This document shows positions 18,998 to 30,052 of a DNA stretch of 64,000 bases, piece after piece; position 1 is the stretch's first letter; every line of letters starts with the position of its first letter. A model generated the notes under the pieces. It was given only the letters and a program-made list of their open reading frames with translations, ran no database searches and was not told where the DNA came from. The position numbers and the translations under genes were made by a program. The stretch comes from an uncultured Gemmatimonadaceae bacterium (GTDB taxonomy: Bacteria; Gemmatimonadota; Gemmatimonadetes; Gemmatimonadales; Gemmatimonadaceae). The stretch covers positions 480,001-544,000 of the forward strand of contig CAWGJO010000020.1 of NCBI GenBank assembly GCA_963822945.1. Direction: 5' to 3'.

Positions 18998-20224
18998 TCA
19001 TTTGGGAATCACGAGCGTACCCGACATGGCGCGGCCCTTCGGCCGCTGGTCGTGGGTGTACATGTAGGCGAACGGCTCCATCCGCGCGCCCTTGTCGTCG
19101 CAGACCGCAAACGACACGGGGTGGTCGGGGTTGGCGCCCTGGTAGGCCATCGCCGCCCCGTACTCGCCCTTCTTGTTCACGGCGTAGTACTGCAGGTCGA
19201 AGTACGGCCGGCCGTGCTCGTCGAGCAGGCGCTTTTCGGTCATCGCGATCACCCGCTCCATGACCTTCATGCACGCCGCCTGCGGCGACATGCCCTGCCG
19301 CATGAACTCCACGGCGAGGAACGCGCCGCACACCTTGATGTTCGCCTCGCCGCGGCCCGTCGAGCCCGCGGCACCCACTTCGTTGTCGCAGTACTGCCCG
19401 GCGCCGATGATCGGCGAGTCGCCCACCCGGCCGGGAATCTTCCACGACAGCCCGCTCGTCGTCGTCACCGACGCGATGTCCCCGTTCGCGGTCACCGCGT
19501 TCATGTTGATCGTGCCGTACGTGTGCGGCACGCCGTTCGCGTCGTGGAACACGTGCAGCGACTGGCGCAGCGTCTCGTCTTCGTGGTTGCCCCCGCCCCC
19601 GCCCCCGCTCGACGGACGCCGCGGCGGCAGGTTCAGCCAGTTGTCGTCCGGATTCAGGTCGGCCTTCCACCGCAGGAACGCGCGGCGGCTGGCGTCGGTG
19701 AGCAGGTTCTGGGGTTTGAAGCCCATCTCGACCGCGAACCGCTTGGCCCCCTCGCCCACCAGGAAGATGTGATCGGTGAAGTCCATCACCGCCTTGGCCA
19801 CGGCCGCGGCGTCGACGATGTCTTCCAGACAGCCCACGGCGCCGGCGCGCTTGGTGGGCCCGTGCATGCACGAAGCGTCCAACTGCACCACGCCGTCCTC
19901 GTTGGGAAGTCCGCCGAGCCCCACCGACTGATCGTTGGGATTCCGCTCCACGATGTTCACGCCGGCCACGATCGCGTCCAGCGGATCGGCGCCGCTCGTC
20001 AGCAGGTCCCACGCCACCTTGATCCCCTGCTTGCCGTCGGGATCCTTCTCCATCCCGTTGCCCGCCGAGATGATCACCGGCCGGGACGCCGGACGCGCCG
20101 GCGCCGGCTTCGACCGATCGACGATCGACGAAATCACGGGCTCGGCGCCGGCAAGACGCGGAAGGGCAAGGCCTGCCGCCGCTGCGGCACCCGCACCAAG
20201 GAAATCACGACGGGAAATCGACAC
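18998..20224 (-). CDS. Tat-exported Ntn-hydrolase, glycosylasparaginase/isoaspartyl peptidase family
   Basis: SRRDFL Tat motif; SVGLGGLP, GTINM (Thr nucleophile), TTTSG, GRVGDSPIIGAG, STGRGE. Confidence 0.9.
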   Translation of the reverse strand: MSISRRDFLGAGAAAAAGLALPRLAGAEPVISSIVDRSKPAPARPASRPVIISAGNGMEKDPDGKQGIKVAWDLLTSGADPLDAIVAGVNIVERNPNDQSVGLGGLPNEDGVVQLDASCMHGPTKRAGAVGCLEDIVDAAAVAKAVMDFTDHIFLVGEGAKRFAVEMGFKPQNLLTDASRRAFLRWKADLNPDDNWLNLPPRRPSSGGGGGGNHEDETLRQSLHVFHDANGVPHTYGTINMNAVTANGDIASVTTTSGLSWKIPGRVGDSPIIGAGQYCDNEVGAAGSTGRGEANIKVCGAFLAVEFMRQGMSPQAACMKVMERVIAMTEKRLLDEHGRPYFDLQYYAVNKKGEYGAAMAYQGANPDHPVSFAVCDDKGARMEPFAYMYTHDQRPKGRAMSGTLVIPK

Positions 20225-20460
20225 GAGTCTTCCTCCGGAAATGGACGTGGGGCTGGGCAATCTTACGACTTTTGCCCGGGGGAGACGAGAGCAAGGTTCT
20301 GCATTCGGCGCGCACCGATCCCGCAATCTTCGCCGAACGATGCGTTGCGAACCTTTTCCGGGAAGTTCAGGTTGTGAATCGTGGGGTCCGCAACGCCGGG
20401 GGCCCGCGAACGACGATCGTCGCGCCCACGGCGCGCCGGCCGCAATGGATGGGAGACACC

Positions 20461-21773
20461 ATGTTGTTGACCGGAACACCGCGCCGTACCGCCGAGTCGT
20501 GCCGGGTCATGCTCGAGGACGCCCGCCAACGCACCCTCGCGCTCGTCGCCCCGCTCGGCGACGCCGACCTGCGCATGCAACACGACCCGCTCATGAGCCC
20601 CATCCTCTGGGACCTGGGCCACATCGCCAGCTTCGAGGAGCTGTGGCTCACGCGCAACATCGACGGCGATATCCGGTTCGTGGAGATGCCCGGTCTGTAC
20701 AACCCGTTCGAGCATCCGCGCGCCACCCGCGCCGCGCTGCCGCTGCCCACGCTCGCCGGCGTGCTTCAACTGCTGGCCGACGTTCGGGAGCGCGCGCTCG
20801 AACGGCTGGCGCTCCTGGAGCTCGACGACGCCAACCCGCTGCTCCGTGACGGCTACGTGTACAGCATGGTCGCGCAGCACGAGTACCAGCACAACGAAAC
20901 GATTCTCCAGACGCTGCAGCTCAAGCGCGGTGAACCCTATCGCGCCCCGCGCGCCTGGCAGCCGCCCACGGCCGCGCGGCCCATTGCCGCCGGTGCGATG
21001 GTGCGCATTCCGGGCGGCGAGGTGGCCATCGGCACCGACGACCGCGCCGACGCGTACGACAACGAGCGCCCGCAGCACGTCACCACGCTCGCGCCGTTCG
21101 AGATCGACGTGGCGCCGGTGACCAACGCGGAGTACGCCGCCTTCATTGCCGACGGCGGATACGGGCGCGACGAATTCTGGAGCCCCGCCGGACTGGCCTG
21201 GCGCGACGAGTCCCGCGCCCAGGCGCCCAAGTATTGGACGCGCGACGGCAACGCGTGGGCCACGCGGTTCATGGACCGCACCGTGGCCCTGCCGGCCGAC
21301 CACCCGGTGTGCCACGTCTGCTGCTACGAGGCGGAGGCCTTCGCCCGCTGGGCCGGCAAGCGGCTGCCCACCGAGGCCGAGTGGGAGAAGGCGGCGGCAT
21401 AGGACTCCCGCGGCGGCAAGCGCGCGCAGCCGTGGGGGGACGAGCGCCGGCACGCGAGCGCGCGAACCTGGACCAGGCGCCACGGCACGGCCCCGCGTCG
21501 GGAGCTATCCCGCCGGCGACTTCGCCCGTGCGGCTGCCGTCGGCATGATCGGAGACGTCTGGGAGTGGACGGCGTCCGACTTCTCCCCTGGCCCGGCTTC
21601 CAGGCCTTCCCGTACCCCGAATATTCCGAGGTCTTCTTCGGCACGAATACAAGGTTCTGCGCGGCGGCTCCTGGGCCACCCGGCCCGGCGCCATCCGCAA
21701 CACCTTCCGCAACTGGGACTACCCGATCCGCCGCCAGATCTTCAGCGGCTTCCGGTGCGCGCGCGATGGCTAG
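20461..21773 (+). CDS. egtB: Ergothioneine sulfoxide synthase EgtB, type I; apparent stop and frameshifts at 21400-21660
   Basis: MSPILWDLGH, RATR (RxxR), HEYQHNE, FGE-sulfatase RLPTEAEWEKAA, PYPEYSEVFF; C-terminus FRNWDYPIRRQIFSGFRCARDG* read manually. Confidence 0.88.
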
Positions 21774-22756
21774 ATCCCTCTCGACTCCTCGCCGCGATCC
21801 GCCGCGCTCGGCCATGCTGCGCGACGTGGCCGCGCGGCCTCCGCGCGCCGCAGAAGGAGCTGCCGCCCAAATAGTTCTACGATCATCGCGGGTCGCGGCT
21901 CTTCGAGCGAGATCACCCGCCTGCCCGAGTACTACCTGACGCGCGCCGAGCGGGCGATTCTCGAGCCGGGACGCCCGCGACATGCGCGCGCCGCAGCCCG
22001 GCCAGACGCTCGTCGAGCTCGGGGCGGGAAGCGCCGGAGAAGACGCGCCTGATCCTCGACGCCATGCGGGATGCCGCCGGCCTCCGGGCGCTCCTACGTC
22101 CCGCTCGACGTCAGCGCCGACGTTCCGGCCGACAGCCGCCACCCGGCTTCGCGCTCGAGTACCCCGGGCTCGGCGTCACGCCCGTGGTCGCCGACTTCAC
22201 CGATCGCATTCCCCTGCCCACGATGCTCCCCCGGCCGCGCTCATGGCCTTCCTCGGCAGCACCATCGGCAACTTCGACCCGGGCGGAAGCCGTGCGGCTG
22301 CCTGCGGCGCACGCGCGCCGCGCTCGGCCGGCGGTGACCGCCTGATCCTCGGCGTCGACCTGCGCAAGGACGTCGCGCAGGCTCGAGGCGGCCTACGACG
22401 ACGCCGCCGGCGTGACCGCCGAGTTCAACCGCAACATGCTCCCGTGCTCAACCGCGAACTCGGCGCCGACTTCGATCCGGACGGCGTTCGAGCACGAAGC
22501 ACGCTACAACGGCACCGAGCATCGGATCGAGATGCACCTCGTGGCGCGCACACCGCAGGCCGTGCGAATTCCCGGCGCGGGCGTGTTCCGGTTCGCGCGC
22601 GGCGAGTCGGTGCGCACGGAGGTGAGCTGCAAGTACGATCGGCCGGCGCTGGAAGCGATGTTCGCACTTGCCGGATTCCGCATCGAGACGTGGCTCACCG
22701 ATCCCGCGGGCGATTTCTCGCTCGTCGTCGCCGCTCCGCTTTCGGACGACGCGTGA
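21766..22756 (+). CDS. egtD: Histidine N-alpha-trimethyltransferase EgtD; multiple apparent frameshifts
   Basis: Fragments across frames: KELPPK*FYD, ITRLPEYYLTRAE, VELGAGS, FLGSTIGNF, LGVDLRKD, GVTAEFNRNML, RIEMHL, TEVSCKY. Confidence 0.85.
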
Positions 22757-23967
22757 CGCTGACGCGGGTCGACCTGCGCGACGCCGTTGCGCAGGCGTTC
22801 GGCATCGGCGCCGAACCGGGTCCACCGCGCCTGGGGCTCGAGGTCGAGGTCATCCCGTTCGACCGGGCGACCGGCCGCCAAGCGCCGATCCACCGATCCC
22901 TCCGCGCGCTGGAGACGCTCGGCTGGACGGCGCGCCCGTGTGCCAAGTCGGGGATGACCGAACTCCACCGCCCCGACGGCGCCCGCCTCACCTTCGAGCC
23001 CGGTGGGCAGATCGAGTACAGTACCATGCCGCACGACTCCGGCAGCACGCTCCTGGCCGACGTGGACGACGCCTTCGCGCACATCGGCCGCGCGCTCGAG
23101 GCCGCCGGGCTCGGAATGCGCAGCGTGGGACTCGATCCGGTCACGCCCATCGGCGCCGTGCCATTGCAGCTCGACGCCCCCCGCTACCGCCGCATGGACG
23201 CTCACTTCGCCGCCATCGGTCCATCGGGTCGCCGCATGATGCGCCAGACGGCCGCCATGCAGTTGAGCATCGACCTCGGGCCGCAGCCGCTCGCGCGCTG
23301 GCGCCTTCTGGGCGCGCTCGCCCCGGTGGTTGCCGCCGCGTTCGGCAACTCCCCCGTGGACGGCGGCGTGCGCACCGGCGAACGCAGCATCCGCCGGCGC
23401 ATCTGGGCCGATCTCGACCCCGCGCGCACCGGTCTCCCCGCGCTCGGCCCCGATCCCGTGACCGAGTATCTGGAGTTCGCGCTCGCCGCGCCCGCGTTCC
23501 TGCTGGGCGACGACCCGTCGTGCGCCGAGCCGTTCGCGGCCTGGGTGCCGCGCGGCGCGACGCGTGACGACTGGCAGGCGCACCTGAGCACCCTGTTCCC
23601 CGACGTGCGCCCCCGCGGATACTTCGAGTTCCGCGTCGCCGACGCCTGCGACGGCGATGCCGTCGCGGCGCTGGTGGCGCTCGTGGGCGGCCTCGCGTGG
23701 CATGTGTCGTCCGGCGCGGTCGCGCTCGCCCAACTCCCGGCCCCCGATGCCGGGTTGATGGCCCGGGCCGGACGCGAGGGGTTGGCCGATCCCGAACTCG
23801 CGCGGGCCGCCTGCTTCGCCACCGATCTGGCGCTCTCCGCCTGCGTGGCACTGGAACCGTCGCTCCTCAGCGACGATGACATAGACCGCGCGGATCGCTT
23901 CTTCAGCACGTACACGCGCGCCGGCCGCTCACCCGCCGACGATCTGCCGACGCCGGTCGCGGCGTGA
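22753..23967 (+). CDS. egtA: Glutamate--cysteine ligase, EgtA-like (GCS2 family)
   Basis: GLEVE, TFEPGGQIEYS, RYRRM, MMRQTAAMQ, HLSTLFPDVRPRGYFEFR; GTGA overlap with egtD. Confidence 0.85.
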   Translation: MTLTRVDLRDAVAQAFGIGAEPGPPRLGLEVEVIPFDRATGRQAPIHRSLRALETLGWTARPCAKSGMTELHRPDGARLTFEPGGQIEYSTMPHDSGSTLLADVDDAFAHIGRALEAAGLGMRSVGLDPVTPIGAVPLQLDAPRYRRMDAHFAAIGPSGRRMMRQTAAMQLSIDLGPQPLARWRLLGALAPVVAAAFGNSPVDGGVRTGERSIRRRIWADLDPARTGLPALGPDPVTEYLEFALAAPAFLLGDDPSCAEPFAAWVPRGATRDDWQAHLSTLFPDVRPRGYFEFRVADACDGDAVAALVALVGGLAWHVSSGAVALAQLPAPDAGLMARAGREGLADPELARAACFATDLALSACVALEPSLLSDDDIDRADRFFSTYTRAGRSPADDLPTPVAA

Positions 23968-24731
23968 TCCCGGCGGACGCCGTGCCCGTGACGTCCGGCG
24001 GCGCCGCCCTCGCCGCGGTGACGGTGACCAAACGCTTCGGAAGCGTCACGGCGCTCGATGGCGTCTCGATCGCCGCCGCGCCTGGTGAGACCGTCGCGCT
24101 CGTGGGCGAGAGCGGATCGGGCAAGACCACGCTGCTGCGCTGCTTCAACGCGCTTACCGTTCCCGACGCCGGCCGGGTGCTCGTGGACGGTGCCGATGTC
24201 GCCGCCGCCGATCCGGTGCTCCTGCGCCGCCGCATCGGCTACGTGCAGCAGGACGGCGGACTCCTCCCCCACTGGACCGTGCAGCGGAACGTGGAACTGG
24301 TGCCCCGCCTGCGTCGTATGCCCGACAATGCCGCGCGCGCAGCCGCCGCGCTCGAGTTGGTGGGCCTCGACCCGGGGGAATTCGCCGCGCGCTGGCCACG
24401 CGAACTCTCCGGCGGGCAGCGGCAGCGGGTCGCCATCGCGCGGGCGCTCGCTGCGCACCCGGACGCCGTGCTGCTGGATGAACCGTTCGGGGCGCTCGAC
24501 GCCATCACGCGCGGCGAACTGCGCGAAGCCTTCGCCGAACTGCGTGGGCGCCTTCGCCTGACCACGCTCATCGTCACCCACGACCTGTCCGAAGCGCTCG
24601 AGCTGGCCGACCGCATCGTGGTGCTCCGCCAGGGACGCGTGGAACAGACGGCCACGCCGGCGGAGGTGCTCTCCGCGCCGGCCAGCGCATACGTGGCCAC
24701 CCTGCTCGCGCGCGCCGGGGTGGGCGCATGA
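23964..24731 (+). CDS. ABC transporter ATP-binding protein, osmoprotectant/betaine type
   Basis: GESGSGKTT, LRRRIGYVQQ, LSGGQRQRV, LLDEPFGALDAITR. Confidence 0.93.
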   Translation: MIPADAVPVTSGGAALAAVTVTKRFGSVTALDGVSIAAAPGETVALVGESGSGKTTLLRCFNALTVPDAGRVLVDGADVAAADPVLLRRRIGYVQQDGGLLPHWTVQRNVELVPRLRRMPDNAARAAAALELVGLDPGEFAARWPRELSGGQRQRVAIARALAAHPDAVLLDEPFGALDAITRGELREAFAELRGRLRLTTLIVTHDLSEALELADRIVVLRQGRVEQTATPAEVLSAPASAYVATLLARAGVGA

Positions 24732-26266
24732 CACGGCTCGCGCTGCTGCTGGCGCTGACCCTCCAGGCGGGCACGCGGGCGCCGCGGCCCGTAGTGGTGG
24801 GGTCCAAACCGTTCGGCGAGTCCTACCTGCTCGCCGAGATGTTCGCGCAACTGCTCGAGGCGCGCGGCATTCCCGTGCAGCGCCGGCTCGGCCTTGGCGC
24901 CACGGAGATCGCCTTTGCCGCCCTCCGGAAGGGCGCGATCGATGTCTACCCCGAGTACACGGGCACCGGACTCGTCGCCATTCTGCACGAACGCCCGACC
25001 GGCGACCGGGCGGCCGTCTACCGCGAGGTGGCGGCGCAGTTCCGCCGGCGCTGGGACGTCCGCTGGCTGCCCCCACTCGGGTTCGAGAACACCTATGCCA
25101 TCGCCGTCCGCCGCGCCACGGCCGACTCCTTCCACCTCGCCACGCTCAGCGACCTGGCGCGCGAGGCGCCGCATCTCCGCGCCGGCCTCTCGCCCGACTT
25201 CATCGGCCGCGACGACGGGCTGCCGGGTTTGGCCCACGCCTACGGAATGCGCTTCAGGGCCGTGCGCGCCCTGCTCCCGGCCGTGAAGTACCAGGCACTG
25301 GCCACCGGCGGCGTGGACGTGATCGACGGCTACTCCACCGACGGCCTCATCGCCCGGTACCACCTCGTGGTGCTCCGCGACGACCGCCACTTCTTCCCGC
25401 CGTACGAGGCCGCGCCGCTCGCTTCCGGCCGGCTGGCGGAGCGCGATCCCGCGGCCATTGCCGCGCTGGCCGAATTGGCCGACCGACTCGATGCCGCCAC
25501 CATGCGGCGGCTCAACGAACGCATGGAGGTGAACGGCGAGGCGGCGGCGACGGTGGCCCACGACGAACTCCGCGCCCTCGGCCTGCTGACCGCCGATTCC
25601 GCCGCCGCCGCACCCATGCCCCCGGGCGCCTCGTCGTCGTTCGTGCATTACCTGTGGACCCGTCGGACCACACTCGCCGCCGAGACGCGGCGGCACCTGA
25701 TGCTCGTCGTCGTGTCGCTCCTCGCCGCGATCCTCATCGCCGTCCCCCTCGGGCTGGGGCTGGAGCGCGCGCCGCGCGCCGCCGAGGGGGTGATCCGCCT
25801 GGTGGGGCTGCTGCAAACGGTGCCCGGCATCGCGCTGCTCGCGTTCATGCTTCCCCTGTTCGGCATCGGGGTGGCGCCGGCACTGGTGGCGCTCACGCTG
25901 TACTCCCTGCTCCCCATCCTGCGGAACACGTACACCGGGGTGCGTGACGCCGACCCCGGCGCCACGGGCGCCGCCCGGGCGCTGGGAATGACCCCCCGTC
26001 AGATCCTCCTTCAGGTCCGCCTGCCGCTGGCCGCTCCGGTCATCTTTGCGGGTATCCGCACCGCCGGCGTGATCGCCGTCGGTACCGCCACCCTGGCCGC
26101 GTTCATCGGGGCCGGCGGCCTCGGCGATCCCATCGTCGCCGGACTGGCGCTCAACGACAGCCGGATGGTGCTCTCCGGCGCGATTCCGGCGGCGCTCCTG
26201 GCGCTCATCGCCGATGGCGTCCTCGCGCTCGCCGAACGCGCGGCCGCTCCCCGTGGGCTGGGCTGA
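24728..26266 (+). CDS. Fused substrate-binding (OpuAC-like) and permease subunit of a betaine-type ABC transporter
   Basis: VGSKPFGES, YPEYTGT, GFENTYA, FFPPY in the N-terminal part; LQTVPGIALL, AARALGMT, AFIGAGGLG in the C-terminal permease. Confidence 0.92.
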   Translation: MTRLALLLALTLQAGTRAPRPVVVGSKPFGESYLLAEMFAQLLEARGIPVQRRLGLGATEIAFAALRKGAIDVYPEYTGTGLVAILHERPTGDRAAVYREVAAQFRRRWDVRWLPPLGFENTYAIAVRRATADSFHLATLSDLAREAPHLRAGLSPDFIGRDDGLPGLAHAYGMRFRAVRALLPAVKYQALATGGVDVIDGYSTDGLIARYHLVVLRDDRHFFPPYEAAPLASGRLAERDPAAIAALAELADRLDAATMRRLNERMEVNGEAAATVAHDELRALGLLTADSAAAAPMPPGASSSFVHYLWTRRTTLAAETRRHLMLVVVSLLAAILIAVPLGLGLERAPRAAEGVIRLVGLLQTVPGIALLAFMLPLFGIGVAPALVALTLYSLLPILRNTYTGVRDADPGATGAARALGMTPRQILLQVRLPLAAPVIFAGIRTAGVIAVGTATLAAFIGAGGLGDPIVAGLALNDSRMVLSGAIPAALLALIADGVLALAERAAAPRGLG

Positions 26267-26316
26267 CGCTCCACTCGCTACCACCCCCCCGGCACAGCGG
26301 GTAGCTTACGAGTCCT

Positions 26317-28190
<1,874 letters not shown>

Positions 28191-28225
28191 GGGCGACGGT
28201 TCATACCCTAGGTGGGTAAGACGTC

Positions 28226-28609
28226 ATGGCTGGATTGAAACTCGATGGTGCCGGACAGGCGAAGTTGAAGACGCTGGACGAGGCGACGGTCATGATCCAG
28301 CGCATCCATGGCCTGGTGGAGAAGTACGCGCTGGCGGTCAAGCGGCAGACGCCCACCGGCACCTTCTTCATGAATCTGAAGCGTCAGTTGCCGGCGCTCG
28401 GCGGCCTGTTGAAGGGACAGTTCGGGATGATCGCGGATCAGGTTTTCGCCATGACCCTGGCCATCACCCGCGGGTCGAGCGAGCCGAACCGGATCCGGCA
28501 GATGCGGGAAGGGGTGGCGCAGATCACCCAGGCCATCGACATCGCCACCAAGCACGTGATCCAGAAGCACACCGTTTCCGAGGAGCACGACGCAGCCCGC
28601 GCGGACTGA
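28226..28609 (+). CDS. Hypothetical helical protein
   Basis: 127-aa ORF with coding-like codon usage filling the gap between aspA and cox. Confidence 0.7.
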   Translation: MAGLKLDGAGQAKLKTLDEATVMIQRIHGLVEKYALAVKRQTPTGTFFMNLKRQLPALGGLLKGQFGMIADQVFAMTLAITRGSSEPNRIRQMREGVAQITQAIDIATKHVIQKHTVSEEHDAARAD

Positions 28610-28687
28610 CGGCCGGCGACCCGGAAACGCCTGTCGAACGGGCACTTGCGGCTTCCAGAATGCGGGACTTTCCCGACGCGAATTCTC

Positions 28688-28716
28688 TTGATTTAGGTAC
28701 GGGCAGCCGGTAGGTT
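28688..28716 (+). promoter_or_regulatory. Possible sigma70 promoter of the cox operon
   Basis: TTGATT, 17 nt, TAGGTT. Confidence 0.4.
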
Positions 28717-28790
28717 GCCTTTGCTGTTTTTCGCCCGCGCGCGCTCTAGCCTCCCAGAGCGCTCATACCTCGCCGGTACAAGGAATCCGC

Positions 28791-30032
28791 ATGGGAACAC
28801 ATTCCCGCCCGCGTCGGCTGACGACCGCCGCGCTGACGGTCGTGCTCGCAGTGTTCGTTGCTGCATGCGCCCCCGCACATCCCAATTCGATCTTCACTCG
28901 CCACACCGACTTCAATCGGGATATCGGACACCTGTTCGACATCCTGATCGGGCTGGGGTCGTTCGTCTTCCTCTTCGTCGAGACGATTCTCGTCATCGCG
29001 CTCATCAAGTTCCGCAAGCGCGACGGCCAGCCCGCCCCGACCCAGACCCATGGGAACACCCGCCTCGAGATCCTGTGGACGGCGATTCCGGCGATCATCC
29101 TGGCGGTGATCGCCGTGCCCACGGTCCGGACGATCTTCAAGACCGAGGCGCCGGCGGCCAGCGATGCCCTGCAGGTGACCGTGACCGGCCACCAGTGGTG
29201 GTGGGAGTTCCAGTATCCGCAGTACGGGATCACCACGGCGAACGAGCTGTATCTGCCCATCGGGCGGACGGTGAACTTCACGCTCAAGACCGCGGACGTG
29301 ATCCACTCGTTCTGGATTCCCGAGTTGGGCGGCAAGCGCGACCTGGTGTCGAACCACACGAACTATCTGTGGTTCACCCCCGATTCGGTGGGCGACGACG
29401 TGTTCAACGGCTTCTGCGCCGAATTCTGCGGCACCTCGCACGCCAACATGCGGTTCAAGGTCTTCACGGTGAAGCCGGCGGAGTTCGCGGCGTGGGCCAA
29501 GCACGAGGCTGAGCCTGCCGTCGCGCTGGATACGACGGCCAAGCCCGCGCCCAAGGGCGCGGCGCCGAGCACGCAGGTGGCGCAGGCGGGACCGGCCACC
29601 GCGAGCTTCGTGAGCTATCCGCGCGCCGACATCCCCAAGTACGCCGTGCCCGAGACGCCACTTCCGGCCGGATTGACCTTCGACCAGTCGCTCACCGGCG
29701 ATCCGGTGGCGGGAGAGAAGCTGATCTCGGCCCCCACCAGCATGTGTCTGGCCTGTCATGCCATCAAGGGGAATCCGATGATGCAGGGCATCGTCGGCCC
29801 GAACCTGACGCACATCGCGTCGCGGTCCACGATCGCGGGCGGACTCTATCCGAACGACAGAGAGCACCTCGAGTACTGGATCAAGAACGCGCGGGTGATG
29901 AAGCCCGGCGTTGCGATGTATACGCTCGGCGCCGGACAGATCGACCCGATGACCGGCAAGCCCACCGATATCGGCAAACTGACCGATCAGCAGATCGCGG
30001 ACATCGTCGCGTATCTGCAGACCCTGAAGTAA
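28791..30032 (+). CDS. coxB: Cytochrome c oxidase subunit II with fused cytochrome c (caa3 type), lipoprotein
   Basis: Lipobox VAAC; GHQWWW, DVIHSFW, CAEFCGTSHANM (CuA); CLACH heme motif, GPNLTH. Confidence 0.96.
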   Translation: MGTHSRPRRLTTAALTVVLAVFVAACAPAHPNSIFTRHTDFNRDIGHLFDILIGLGSFVFLFVETILVIALIKFRKRDGQPAPTQTHGNTRLEILWTAIPAIILAVIAVPTVRTIFKTEAPAASDALQVTVTGHQWWWEFQYPQYGITTANELYLPIGRTVNFTLKTADVIHSFWIPELGGKRDLVSNHTNYLWFTPDSVGDDVFNGFCAEFCGTSHANMRFKVFTVKPAEFAAWAKHEAEPAVALDTTAKPAPKGAAPSTQVAQAGPATASFVSYPRADIPKYAVPETPLPAGLTFDQSLTGDPVAGEKLISAPTSMCLACHAIKGNPMMQGIVGPNLTHIASRSTIAGGLYPNDREHLEYWIKNARVMKPGVAMYTLGAGQIDPMTGKPTDIGKLTDQQIADIVAYLQTLK

Positions 30033-30052
30033 CCGCCCGGAGACTCTGACGC

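Noticed and set aside
20461..21773. SenA (selenoneine) or OvoA assignment for the sulfoxide synthase
   Set aside because: No senB/selD neighbours and no C-terminal methyltransferase domain; motifs and egtA linkage fit type I EgtB.
21400..21873. TAG recoding (pyrrolysine or alternative code) at in-frame TAGs in egtB/egtD
   Set aside because: The two TAGs replace different residues (Trp, Tyr) and sit among indels; TAG is a normal stop elsewhere in the window.
21982..22752. Apparent EgtD-EgtA fusion in ORF 21982-23967
   Set aside because: Produced by frameshifts; egtD has its own TGA at 22756, overlapping the egtA GTG at 22753.
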